A DNA stretch of 64,000 nt from Hyaloraphidium curvatum SAG 235-1 (lineage: Eukaryota > Fungi > Monoblepharomycota), in NCBI GenBank assembly GCA_025558095.1, contig JAIVFI010000024.1:62001-126000 (forward strand), in the 5' to 3' direction. The notes beneath the pieces are model-generated. The model was given only the letters and a program-made list of their open reading frames with translations, was not told where the DNA came from and ran no database searches. This document shows positions 23,738 to 33,728 of the stretch, one piece after another (positions within the stretch are counted from its first letter, which is position 1; each line of letters opens with the position of its first letter). The translations under genes and the position numbers were made by a program.

Positions 23738-25279
23738 ATGCGCACCCACGTCGCCGTCCTCCTGGCCCTACTCCTCTGCGCCGCCCCCGCGCGCGGGTCT
23801 GAGCGCGGATCGGCGCTCGCTCGCAAGCTCGAAGACGCGCAGCGCCAGTCGCAATTCTGGCTGGACAGTTTCATCCCGGCGGACGAGCTTTATACCAAGG
23901 CATTCGGTACCACGATCCCGCGCTGCGGCATCCCGCTCATCTCGATGGCCGCGCGCGGCTACGCCGACGGCGCCAGGATGCACGCCACGGCGCGCGGAAT
24001 GCTCGCCGCCTCGATGGCCGGCGCCCGCGGCGTGCTGGGCAGCGGCGTGCGCGCGCTGGATCTCCTGCTCCCCGCCGCCAAGGGCGCCAACGAACGCATT
24101 CGGGTGCTGCAGAATGCGTCGGTGGAGGCGGCCGCCGCGATCGGCAGGGCCGAGGCGGCGCTGGCCGGTGGGGCCACCGCGGGCTCCCGATCGCGGTCCA
24201 AGTCGGACCCCGGGCCCAGGAGGGGGGGCAGCACGGCAAAGCCCAAGGGCAGCGGGCTCGAGCGCCGCGCCAGGGGTGCGGCCCGCGTGCCGAGCAAGAA
24301 GACCGCCGCGATCGCCGCCAAGCTGGACGAGGCCAGGTCCAAGCTCGAGATGGCCTGGGCGACAGACAAGGCCGGCTTCACGCTGGAACCCGCTAACGCG
24401 CAGGCGCTGGCGGAGGGCCAGTGCCCGCCCGGCGCACCGCCCGAGGTGTCGTGCCTGCAGCCCCTTTGGGAGGCCGGCAACTGGCTGCTTTCTGCGCAGC
24501 AGTACGCGACGATTGCCAGGAAATTTTTCCTCAAGTCGCTTTCGGAGCTCGACGAGGTGGTGGGGACCTTGGTGCGCGAGATCGGAAAGATCAGGGCGCA
24601 ATCAATCGGCGACGACGACGAGCTGGCCGTGCTGGCCGAGACCCGGGACCGTCTCGAGGCTCGCATCGATGCTCTCGAAGCCAGGGTCGGGACCTGCGCC
24701 ACCCCGGCAGTCGACGACGCCTCCGAGCTGCAGCCCTCCCGCCTTAAGTACACCGAGAACGACATCGATGCCGCCGCCCGCAAGACCGAGTCGCTCCTTA
24801 GCAAGCTCTCCAAGACGGGGATCCCCTTCTTGGAGCTTGAGCTCATGGTGTTCGACAACCAATTCGGCTTGGCTGCCGCGGGGCTGGCCACGGCCCGCGC
24901 CCTCGGCATGTGGAACCCGCTGCTGCCCGTGCCCATCGCTATCTCGGCGCCAACGGCCGCGTCGTTCGGGACCGCAAAGAGCGCGCTCGAGAGGTTCACC
25001 GTTTCTCTGTACAAGAACGGAATGCCGGCGGTTCTCGACGTCCTGGGATCGGCGGTGAACGCCGTCGACGGGCTGCTCCCCGCGTCAAGGGAGCGCAAGG
25101 CGTCGATCGACGCGCTGGAGGCGTCGATGGCTGACCTGCGGGCCCGCGCGGAGGAGACGGAGGGCAAGGCGCTGAAGTGCGGGGGCGGGAAGGGGGGGGC
25201 CTCCGGGAGGGGCCGCAGCGCGGCGGTGGACAGAGGCAGGAAGGGGGCTGCAGCAGGCGGCGACGAGCGTCGCGAGTGA
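23738..25279 (+). CDS. Secreted helical/coiled-coil protein with an internal repeat, function unknown
   Basis: Signal peptide MRTHVAVLLALLLCAAPARG; intronless ORF; duplicated VLGS.V.A.D.LLPA segment. Confidence 0.75.
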   Translation: MRTHVAVLLALLLCAAPARGSERGSALARKLEDAQRQSQFWLDSFIPADELYTKAFGTTIPRCGIPLISMAARGYADGARMHATARGMLAASMAGARGVLGSGVRALDLLLPAAKGANERIRVLQNASVEAAAAIGRAEAALAGGATAGSRSRSKSDPGPRRGGSTAKPKGSGLERRARGAARVPSKKTAAIAAKLDEARSKLEMAWATDKAGFTLEPANAQALAEGQCPPGAPPEVSCLQPLWEAGNWLLSAQQYATIARKFFLKSLSELDEVVGTLVREIGKIRAQSIGDDDELAVLAETRDRLEARIDALEARVGTCATPAVDDASELQPSRLKYTENDIDAAARKTESLLSKLSKTGIPFLELELMVFDNQFGLAAAGLATARALGMWNPLLPVPIAISAPTAASFGTAKSALERFTVSLYKNGMPAVLDVLGSAVNAVDGLLPASRERKASIDALEASMADLRARAEETEGKALKCGGGKGGASGRGRSAAVDRGRKGAAAGGDERRE

Positions 25280-25491
25280 GGCCAAACGGATTGCAGGCGC
25301 GCGATGTACAGTGGCATGTCCATTCACCAATGACAGGGTCTCCAACCAACGTCCATAAGCAGCACTGGCGCCCTATATCGAGTCCTCCGCTTCGCGCGGC
25401 AGAGATCATCAGTTCCTGAAGCACGCGTCCATAATGCCTGCAGGCCCGCGCCTCATGGTCGTCCTCGTCGCTGTCGCCTCCCACACACGCC

Positions 25492-25962
25492 TCACATGGC
25501 CCCGGGTTCTCCGTCGCGACCGTCATCGGGCTTCCTCCACTTCCTCCGCTCGTCGTCCCCCCTGTCCTGCCCCTCCCCGTCGCCACCCCCGCCACCACCC
25601 CCTCCACCGGCACCACCTCCACCACCTCCCCCACCGAGCACCATCTTGAAGCTCCCCCAGCGGATCCGCGCGCCCCAGCCCCAGCCGAAACCCCACCCGC
25701 CGGGCGCGTCGCCGCCGCCGCCCCCGCCCCCGCCGGCGCCCTGGCCGGGCTTGGGCTTCGGCTTCGGCTTCGGCTTCGGTTTAGATGTGGGTACAGGGGT
25801 AGGTTTGGGATCCGTGGGCGGGGAGGGGGAGGGATCCGGACGCGTCGGGTGGCCGCGGAGGGGAACCTGCGCGGGGGCGCGGGGGGAGATGGGCGACGCG
25901 ACCGAGGCCGCAAGGAGCGCGAGGAGGCAGAACACGAGCAGGGGAAAAGCGAACGCGTGCAT
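25492..25962 (-). CDS. Small secreted Pro/Lys- and Gly-rich protein
   Basis: Signal peptide MHAFAFPLLVFCLLALLAASVA, a (KP)n run and poly-Gly. A possible intron makes the 3' end uncertain. Confidence 0.55.
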   Translation of the reverse strand: MHAFAFPLLVFCLLALLAASVASPISPRAPAQVPLRGHPTRPDPSPSPPTDPKPTPVPTSKPKPKPKPKPKPGQGAGGGGGGGGDAPGGWGFGWGWGARIRWGSFKMVLGGGGGGGGAGGGGGGGGGDGEGQDRGDDERRKWRKPDDGRDGEPGAM

Positions 25963-26127
25963 CGTGGGCCCTCCGTCTGGGAGAAGGTCTCTGAAATCGC
26001 CCCTGAGTATTGATCACGATCACGATCGGCGGCGCCCACACCGGCATCTCGACGCTCCTGGCTCTATGAATTCTCCACTGGCGTGAAGCCTCCATTGTGA
26101 AGGCGATGCCACGGAGAGACCGAAAGA

Positions 26128-28323
26128 TGCCGCGGAGGATCAAGTTGCCCATCGTCAGCGAAGACGAGGAGGACGGCGATTCCGTGTTCACGACGAAGGT
26201 TTCGGGGCCCCCGGAGACCTCGGCCGGTGGCCGCAACGGAGACGTGAAGCCGGCAGACCAAGCGCCGCAAAGGTCATCCAAGTCTGTGATTGTACTTTCC
26301 CGGGCTCCGCAGGCCGCACTTGGAGAGGCCGTGACTCTCGTCAAACCCGTAGGCACTGGCCGGTCTCGTGACCAGCGACGCGTTCCAATTGCTGCCAATA
26401 TCCAGGCTATACCTTTCGTCGGGGCAGAGAAGCGTGGCGAGCAGAAGGACCGAGGAAACGGCGCAGCCCTTCCTGCGCCTGTTGGCGCTCACGGGCTGCA
26501 ATCTGCTGCAGTCTGTCCGCCCGAACCAGACGACGAATTTGTGTTCACCAAGAAGATCTCCATGGCCCGCCCGAAGATTCTCAAGAGTACCTTGGCCCGG
26601 ACCAAGATATTGAACGCGCCGCCGGCCGTTCTCGCGCTCCACGCGGAGAAGCGCTGGAGGACCGGCGACGGGACAGACAAACCCGCCGACCAGAAGGAGC
26701 GCAGAAAGTCTGGTGCGTCCGGCTCGTGCCCTGCTTGTGTATTGGAGTTCACGGGCGTCAATCTGCAGTCTGGCATTCTGAGCAGGACGGCGACTATGTG
26801 TTCACCAAGAAGGTCACAGGCCAGCCCAAGAATGTGAAGGCGACGGACAAGGAACCCTGGCAATCATCAAAGTCTTCAGCCGTGGCTTCGAAGGCTCCGG
26901 AGATATCCGCTGCAGAGCCCGCAGAGCCCGTCAAACCGGTGGGCACCGACCGGGCGATTGCCGATGGACGCGTTCAAAGTGCTTCATTGTGCAGACGATA
27001 TCCCGGATTAAAGAGACCATTGACATCAGCGACTTCTCGGTCAGCTCCTTTGTGGCAACTCTCCCCGCGCAGACCAGGGACGCTGTCATGCCGATACCAG
27101 TACGCGACACTCCGGCGATCGATCGCAACAAGGAGATGCGGAACAAGAACCCGAACGGACCGCGGAGATCGAGCCTCGGCTCTCGGGGGAGGCGATGCTC
27201 GACGACTCTGCACGGGCTGTGCCGTAGGTGGACGCGATTCAGCTCCCGACTCCTGCTCATTCGAGGTCTCTGCAGACATTCCGCACCCCGACGTCTCGTC
27301 GAGCGACTTCTACCGCCACATCCAGGACGACCTGTCGGAGCCGCAGAAGATGAAGCAGCTGCTTGCTTGGTGCGCGGAGAGGGCCATGTCCGCCCCGCCG
27401 CGGCGAAACAGGAAGGACGCGCTGGCCGCCGATCTTTCCCAGATCCGTGGGTTACGCGACGGCCGGCTGCTGAAGCGCGTGACGGATCTCCGTTGAAGGT
27501 ACAGAGCTCCAAAACGACTTCATCGAGGCCATCCGCAGCGGCAAGGTCAACTGCTCGTGGGTTTTCCGAAGGAATGAGCCGCATGAGGGACAGCCGCCCG
27601 TGATTAAGCCGAACCCAAAGAACGTCCTGAACGAGAAATGTCTCGTCAAGGTCGAGCAGACGCTGTCAAGGTACTTCCAGCTGGTTGGCTTCCGTACGTC
27701 CCCTGATCACGTGGGACCTCCAATAGACTCCAGAAAGAGGCAGAGAATTGGATGGAGCTGCTCAAGGAGAAGACCTCGCATCACGCAGCGGTTGTCGACA
27801 CCGTTCCGTGCCTTTCCGTTACTCGTACGGTGGATCCGGTGACGGCACAGGCAATGCTGGTTGAGCAGCTCGACGAGGAACAGCGGCGCCTCCTGGAACG
27901 AGACAGTTGGAGAATCTGCAACGGCCTCAACGAGGCAGTTCGATCGTGCAACGACTTGCTGGAACGCCTTGTTCCATTTAATGGCGCAATCACCAAGCAG
28001 GATCTACTGCCCGAAGGGCTAGCGGTTGCAGGCGCCTCTGCTCAGATGAGCAAGCATGCACGGGACGGGAACGGAGAAAGCGAAGGGCAAGTCGACGACG
28101 GAATAGCAGGCGACCTCGCCCTTCCCTCGCGTACCGTCTCGCTACGATGCCTCTTGAGCGGGGAAAGGCTCAGCAAGCCGGCTCGCGGGTCGAATTGTGC
28201 ACATCGGGACTGCCTCGAGCTCGATGTGAGTTCACGCGGTCTTCCTCAACAATCCAACTTACGGATCATCTGCAAAGGGAATGGCCCCTTTTGAACAAGA
28301 TCTCGCGCGAGAGCCGCGTTGAA
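26128..28323 (+). CDS. DSN1: Kinetochore Mis12-complex subunit Dsn1/Mis13, with a C-terminal partial SP-RING (multi-exon)
   Basis: Motifs RRSSLGSRGRRCST, IPHPDVSSSDFYRHIQDDLSEPQKMKQLLAWCAERA and IKPNPKNVLNEK...LSR|LQKEAENW, plus N-terminal D-x-x-VFTKK motifs. The reading frame continues into VSLRCLLSG...PARGSNCAHRDCLE. Confidence 0.8.
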
Positions 28324-28397
28324 TGCCGCAGGGCGTAGGGGGTGAGGGCCGCGCGGCAAACAATCAACTTCAAGGGGGCGTCTCCCATCGGGCCGCG

Positions 28398-30821
28398 ATG
28401 CCGCCCAAACCGGCGCCGAAGAAGCCCAGCGGCGTCAAGCCGAAGGCGAAGAGCTCTTCCTCTTCGTCGGGCAGCGCGACCAAGAAGCGGAAGGACTCCA
28501 AGGACGCGGCGGTGCCCCCCTCGTCCCAGATCACCCGGTGGTTCGCCCCGCGGCCCGGCGGCGGCGGCGATGCGCCCGTCACGCCGCCCTCGTCGCAGGA
28601 GACGAGCGGGCTCGCGGGTGATGGGGCCGGAGGGACAAAGGGGAAGCGGGTGGTGTACGAGCTCGACTCCGAATCGGACGGGGAGACAACTCCGCCGCCG
28701 CCGCGGAAGTCGGCCCGCCGCCGCAGCCCGTCACCTGCTCCGAAACAGGAGCCGATAGACCAGTCGTCGGGGAGCGAGGACGCCGGCATGAGGAGGTCGC
28801 TGCGGAACCGGCCGAGGGCGCAGTACCGCGTGGCCGACGCGTTCAAAGAGCTGGACGAGGTGCTGCGCGAACAAGAGGACGAAGCTTCCGAAGAACCTGC
28901 GAGTTCGGGATTCACGTCGCCGGAAGCAGAGGAAGATGACGAGCCTCTGGAGGAAGAACGGCCTGCATCTCGGAGAAAGAGGTCGTCGAGCGCACCGATC
29001 CTCGCGTACGCCACGGACGACGAGTTCGAGTTTGCCGAAACCAAATCCGGACCGATGGACCGCTTCGTGAAGCAGAGCGCCCGGGCGGAGGCATCGAGCG
29101 GCGAAAGCGAGCAAGACAGGATCTCGGTGACGCCCGAGCCCGAAGTCATCGTGCCCGAGACGCCGCGCGAGGAGTCGCTGGAGCCCGCGCCGGACTCGCC
29201 CGCCCCGCCAGACCCGGCCGAGGAGCAGAAGCAGGAGCAGGACCCGATCAAGCTCGCCGACATGGCCGACTTCGATGACGTCTTTTACGATTTCGACCCT
29301 GACTCGGTCCTTTCCCAAGCCTCTCCCGAGCCTGCTTCGCCCGCCTCCCCCACGTCGGACGACCAACCCCCGCACGCCAACACCCTCGTCACCCCTCCCG
29401 CAACCCCCCGCACCACCACCTCGTGGACCTCCTCCGTCGTCAAGAAGCGCAAGAAGCTCGCCCCCCTCTTCGGCCCGCAGTTCGCGCCCAAATCGAACCG
29501 GCCCGTCTTCAGGATGCTCCACCACCGCCGCCGGGACTACGCCGCGACGCTGCCCCCCGACGCGCCCGGAGACGACCCCACGGTGTACAAGATCCGTTGC
29601 TACGACGCGGCCATCGTGGCGCTGTCGGAGCTGGACGCCGAGAACATCATCCTGCGGGACTCGCGGCACGCGGCGGAGCTCAAGCGCAAGGGCAAGCTCA
29701 AGGGCTGGGGCAAGTCCATGTGCGGGCACCTGGACGACGTGCGGCGGGAGGAGAGGGACGCGTGGGAGCGGGACGGGCGGATGGAGGAGGGCCGGGCGGC
29801 GGAGGAGGAGGTGGACGGGCGCGCGTACGCGGCGGACGAGGAGCGCGAGGCCGAGGCGGTGCTGGCGTCGCCTCCGGGGCCGGAGGAGGGGCCGCCGGCG
29901 CGGGGGGATCGGCACGCGGGGGCGGCGGCGGCGGAGCTGCCCGCGCGGCTGGTCGCGCGGATCCCGCCGCTGCCGCTCGGCGTCGCAAGGGAACTGGTGG
30001 ATCTGGGGTACCGCACGGCGGAGCTCGTGAGAACGGGGGTGATGCAGGCTCCGGCGGGACCGGACGGGTCCGTGGCGCTCAAGATGCATCCTTCTATGCC
30101 GCCCAGGAGGGGACTGTCGGAGGCGGTGCTCAGCAGGGAGGCGGCTGCGTGGGCGAGGCACTTCCTGGAGCTGGAAAAGGCGAGGCCCGCGGAGGAAGTG
30201 GTGTCTGTTGCCGAGGCGGTCGCGAAAGAAGTCGCCGGCGCCCTGGGCAAGGAAGTCGTACTCGATCTCGGAGGAAGCGCGGCCGCCGATGGAGCAACCG
30301 ACGACGCCATCAAGGTCGCCGTGGCCGCGGGCCTCAGGATCGGGGAGCCAACTGTGAAGGAGCTCGTCATGATTCTCTCGGTGCCCGAAGGCAGCGGGAC
30401 CAAGGACGCCCTGGACTCGGTGGTCGAAAGGTTCGAGGAGCGCGACGTGGCGCTGGCCGTGCTTTCGCGGTCGGACTACAGCGCCGACTGCATCGTGCGC
30501 GTGCCCAAGGAGCCCGAGATCGCCGAACCGGCCTACGCCGAAGGCGAGCGGCCGGGCGACCCGGTGATGCTGGTTAAGCTCTTCGCCGCGGGCAGCCCCC
30601 GCGCCTATGTGCACTCGTGCTTCTACAGATCGGTGCCGGCCGGCAAGACAATCCAGCTCATGACCAAGATGAAGCTCCGGGGCAGCTACGTATGGGACGG
30701 CGCGGCGGGACTACTCCGCCAGCCGAACGGGGAGCCCATGCAGGCGGAGACGGAAGCCGAGGTGCTGAAGATCCTGAACCTCGACGGCGAGGAGCTGTTC
30801 CGGCCCTCGTCGGGCTCGTGA
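28398..30821 (+). CDS. DNA polymerase X-fold protein with a long disordered N-terminus, apparently catalytically degenerate
   Basis: YKIRCYDAAIVAL...LKGWGKSM (8-kDa/HhH domain), ARELVDLGYRT, GLRIGEPTVKELVMIL (palm) and AETEAEVLKILNL (thumb). Intronless. Confidence 0.65.
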   Translation: MPPKPAPKKPSGVKPKAKSSSSSSGSATKKRKDSKDAAVPPSSQITRWFAPRPGGGGDAPVTPPSSQETSGLAGDGAGGTKGKRVVYELDSESDGETTPPPPRKSARRRSPSPAPKQEPIDQSSGSEDAGMRRSLRNRPRAQYRVADAFKELDEVLREQEDEASEEPASSGFTSPEAEEDDEPLEEERPASRRKRSSSAPILAYATDDEFEFAETKSGPMDRFVKQSARAEASSGESEQDRISVTPEPEVIVPETPREESLEPAPDSPAPPDPAEEQKQEQDPIKLADMADFDDVFYDFDPDSVLSQASPEPASPASPTSDDQPPHANTLVTPPATPRTTTSWTSSVVKKRKKLAPLFGPQFAPKSNRPVFRMLHHRRRDYAATLPPDAPGDDPTVYKIRCYDAAIVALSELDAENIILRDSRHAAELKRKGKLKGWGKSMCGHLDDVRREERDAWERDGRMEEGRAAEEEVDGRAYAADEEREAEAVLASPPGPEEGPPARGDRHAGAAAAELPARLVARIPPLPLGVARELVDLGYRTAELVRTGVMQAPAGPDGSVALKMHPSMPPRRGLSEAVLSREAAAWARHFLELEKARPAEEVVSVAEAVAKEVAGALGKEVVLDLGGSAAADGATDDAIKVAVAAGLRIGEPTVKELVMILSVPEGSGTKDALDSVVERFEERDVALAVLSRSDYSADCIVRVPKEPEIAEPAYAEGERPGDPVMLVKLFAAGSPRAYVHSCFYRSVPAGKTIQLMTKMKLRGSYVWDGAAGLLRQPNGEPMQAETEAEVLKILNLDGEELFRPSSGS

Positions 30822-31118
30822 TGCGCGTGCCGGCGGGTCTGCTGTCGCTGGCGGCGAGGATGGGTGGAAATGGGGGGTCTTCGATCAAGAACGTCTTTTC
30901 GTGGGACCAGTGGTGGATGTTGGCCAATTGCCGTTAGATTTCATGGTGCATGTGTTTCCTTTTGTCCAATTGACTGTTCTTCTTTGTCTGGGCTACAGAC
31001 GTCGACCGCCGAGACGTGATGCCTCATTTCGCAACAAAATCTCGGGTCAGCATCCTGTTGGTCACGTCAGAGACACAGCCGGGGAAGCACATAATGGCAG
31101 CGGCAGCAGAGTCCAACT

Positions 31119-31625
31119 TCAAGCGATCTCTTTGTTGATCGCGGCCGCCAGCGCCTTCAGCTCCTCCGTATCGGCCTTCTGCCCGTGCGCGTGGCCCTTC
31201 ATCGACTCGCCCGCGTACCGGGGAATGAGATGCACGTGGAAGTGGAACACTTGGCGGGAATCCTCCATAAGAAGCGCGTCACAAAGAAGGCAAGACGACA
31301 TACCGGTCTGGCCGGCCTCGCGGCCCGAGAACTGGGTCATCACGATCCCCTCGGCATCCAACGCCTTCTCCATCGCCTTTGCGATCTTCTGCGCCTCCGT
31401 GAAGACGGGCCCCAGCGCGTCGGCGGGCATGTCCAGCAGGTTGCGCGCCTCGGCCTTCTTCGGGATCACCAGCAGGTGCCCGCGGCTCTGCGGGAAGAGG
31501 TCCATGAACGACAGGATGTCGTCCGTCTCGTGGACCTTGACGCAGGGGATCTCGCCGCGGATGATCTTGGCGAAGATGTTGTTCTTGTCGTACGCGATGC
31601 CGGAGAGCGCGCCGGTGTCGCCCAT
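31119..31625 (-). CDS. HIT family nucleotide hydrolase (Hint-like)
   Basis: Motifs NNIFAKIIRGEIPC, FMDLFPQSRGHLLVIPK and AGQT|VFHFHVHLIPR. One in-frame intron. A possible N-terminal targeting extension runs to about 31733. Confidence 0.95.
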   Translation of the reverse strand: MGDTGALSGIAYDKNNIFAKIIRGEIPCVKVHETDDILSFMDLFPQSRGHLLVIPKKAEARNLLDMPADALGPVFTEAQKIAKAMEKALDAEGIVMTQFSGREAGQTGMSSCLLCDALLMEDSRQVFHFHVHLIPRYAGESMKGHAHGQKADTEELKALAAAINKEIA

Positions 31626-31960
31626 CGTCGAAAACGCGCGCGGGGGGAAAAGCGGGCGGAGGGCGGCGCGTGCGGCGGGGCGGGCTGCCGCTAGCAGCGC
31701 CAGGGCGAGGAGGATGGCGAAGCCGCGAAGCACTGTGGATGACGCACGGGGCTGCCGATCGACGCTGTTGACCGGAGCGATCGGCCCCCTTCAACACCGA
31801 CGAGCCTTCGGAGTCAAGCCGCGACCACGACTTCAGAGACAAAACGATCTACTCGCCTCACTCAGCAATCTGAGCGGGCCGCCGCCCCGGAGAACTGTTC
31901 AGCGGATCCAATCTGTCTCCCGCCTTTTACCCACGTTCCTTCGGGAGCCACCTTATCGCC

Positions 31961-33580
31961 ATGGCCGCCGACGCCTCCCCGCCGTACCCATTCTCCCCCG
32001 CCGAGCAGCTGGCTCTGTTCCCCGCGCTGGGCGCCGCGGCCTTCTCCCCTCCGGCCGACACACCGCCATGGCTGTGGAGCGCCGGCCCTCGCGACGCGGC
32101 GGCAAAGGGGAGGGAGGAACGGCCGTTGACCCTGGACGCGTTTCGTTCGTCACTCGACTCGGTCGCTAGACCGGTCGGGTCGATGCTGGCGCTCGAGCTC
32201 GTGCTGCAGCGGCGTTTCGGCTCGAATCCGATGCTTGCCCTGCTACTCGAGGTCTTTTGGCAGGCGCTCTGGGTCTTTCCCTGGGTTTTCGGCCGCGGGG
32301 TGTTCGGGATACGGAATCTCGCCGCGGGCGAGGCGTGCTACGTGCTGCGCAGGTTCGGTTGGGGCCTCCTGTACATTGTTGGGCTGTTTGCCACCCCTGC
32401 CGAGCGGGCCGACCGCTCCGTAACAGCATCGCGGCGGAAGGACAGGGCCGCAAACGGGATGTCAAGGAACGGGGGCCATTGGGTTTCAGCCTCGGATCCT
32501 CCAACCGAGGCCGCGTTGCTTATGGACGCGCACAATTACTCGGGATTGGCCCGCTACAACCAGCTCGTCGAGGCATTTCCATCGCAGGACAAAGAGGCTG
32601 GCAGCGCCTCTTCTGCCGCGGTATATCCGGGCGAGTTGCTTCTGGACGAGTCCCTGGACGAGCTGTGCCCGTGCGCGGAGTGTACGGCCTCGGCGGCTCA
32701 TTGGAGCAGGGCATTTATGATTGCCTACCTCGCCATCCATATGGGACTGACCAATTTCACATTTCTGGTTGCGCTGCTTTGGACACCAGCGTTTACTCTG
32801 GGGCCGTACGTCTGGAGCACGTCCTGGGCAACGGCCTTGCTCATCCTATTCATTGTCTTCTTTGTGCTGAACACCGAGATCACCACGTACTTCCCAGGTG
32901 GCATGCCGAATGCAGCCATCCTTACCCTGGAGATGCGCCTCCGCCACCGCGCCGTCGCCATCTGCCTCCGCCAGCTTCTGGAACGGCTCACAGCGGCCGC
33001 AGATTCCGGCGACGCGGCTTCGGACGACCTGCTGGCCTCAACCGTGGACTCGGAAGCTTACGTTGCGCTGCACGGCCAGCTCTTGGCGGACTGGCGCACG
33101 AGCCTCGAGGCGTACCGGCCCCTCCGCCTCCTCCTCATCGGTGCCCCTTTCACACACGCGATCGCGGCCGTAATCTCGGTCGCCGTCGGCAACTGCATCC
33201 CGGCCTACCTCGTCGGCGACCTCGCCATTTCCCTGTTCAGCTTCTTCGTCCTGGCAGCCTGCTACGCGACCAAGAACCTCCAGCCCACCCGCGCATCCTC
33301 GCAGTACCGCTCCGCCTCGCAATCCCTCTCCCTCCTTGCCGCGCGCATCCCCGCGTCCCGGTCGATGCTCCGCCAGGCCGAGCTCGCGCACAGGGACCTG
33401 CTGGCCTCGTTCGCGGACCTGGGGGCGTCGCAGGCCGCGTTCTTCGGCGTGCCGGTGACGTTCGGGACGGTGAGGGGGATGGCGGTCGCCGCGTTCTCGG
33501 TCGCGGTCGGGCTGTGGACCGTCTTGAGGGCGACAGGCGTGGGAGTCACCCTCGATCTGGCGTGCCGGATGCCGCAGTGA
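31961..33580 (+). CDS. Multi-pass (7-TM) membrane protein, paralog of 14308-15831; candidate 7TM ion channel/GR-like
   Basis: Intronless. Hydrophobic pattern and motifs CPCAEC, LWTPAFTLGPYVWSTSWA, RHRAV, GNCIP and FFGVPVTFGTVR are shared with the paralog. Confidence 0.8.
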   Translation: MAADASPPYPFSPAEQLALFPALGAAAFSPPADTPPWLWSAGPRDAAAKGREERPLTLDAFRSSLDSVARPVGSMLALELVLQRRFGSNPMLALLLEVFWQALWVFPWVFGRGVFGIRNLAAGEACYVLRRFGWGLLYIVGLFATPAERADRSVTASRRKDRAANGMSRNGGHWVSASDPPTEAALLMDAHNYSGLARYNQLVEAFPSQDKEAGSASSAAVYPGELLLDESLDELCPCAECTASAAHWSRAFMIAYLAIHMGLTNFTFLVALLWTPAFTLGPYVWSTSWATALLILFIVFFVLNTEITTYFPGGMPNAAILTLEMRLRHRAVAICLRQLLERLTAAADSGDAASDDLLASTVDSEAYVALHGQLLADWRTSLEAYRPLRLLLIGAPFTHAIAAVISVAVGNCIPAYLVGDLAISLFSFFVLAACYATKNLQPTRASSQYRSASQSLSLLAARIPASRSMLRQAELAHRDLLASFADLGASQAAFFGVPVTFGTVRGMAVAAFSVAVGLWTVLRATGVGVTLDLACRMPQ

Positions 33581-33728
33581 AGCAGGGAGTTGGGACATGC
33601 GAACCACATCCATGATCGTAATGCAGCATAACGACAACATCTGAGCATCCTCCGTGAGCGAGCACCCGGGCCCCAAAGCCAATCCTCCTTCCCCTCGACC
33701 TCACCGCCGTCCACGCACACGCCAGCAA

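Noticed and set aside
25560-25790. CCA/CCG and GGCTTC short tandem runs as a satellite or CRISPR-like array
   Set aside because: They encode poly-Gly and (KP)n in a small secreted protein and have no repeat-spacer structure.
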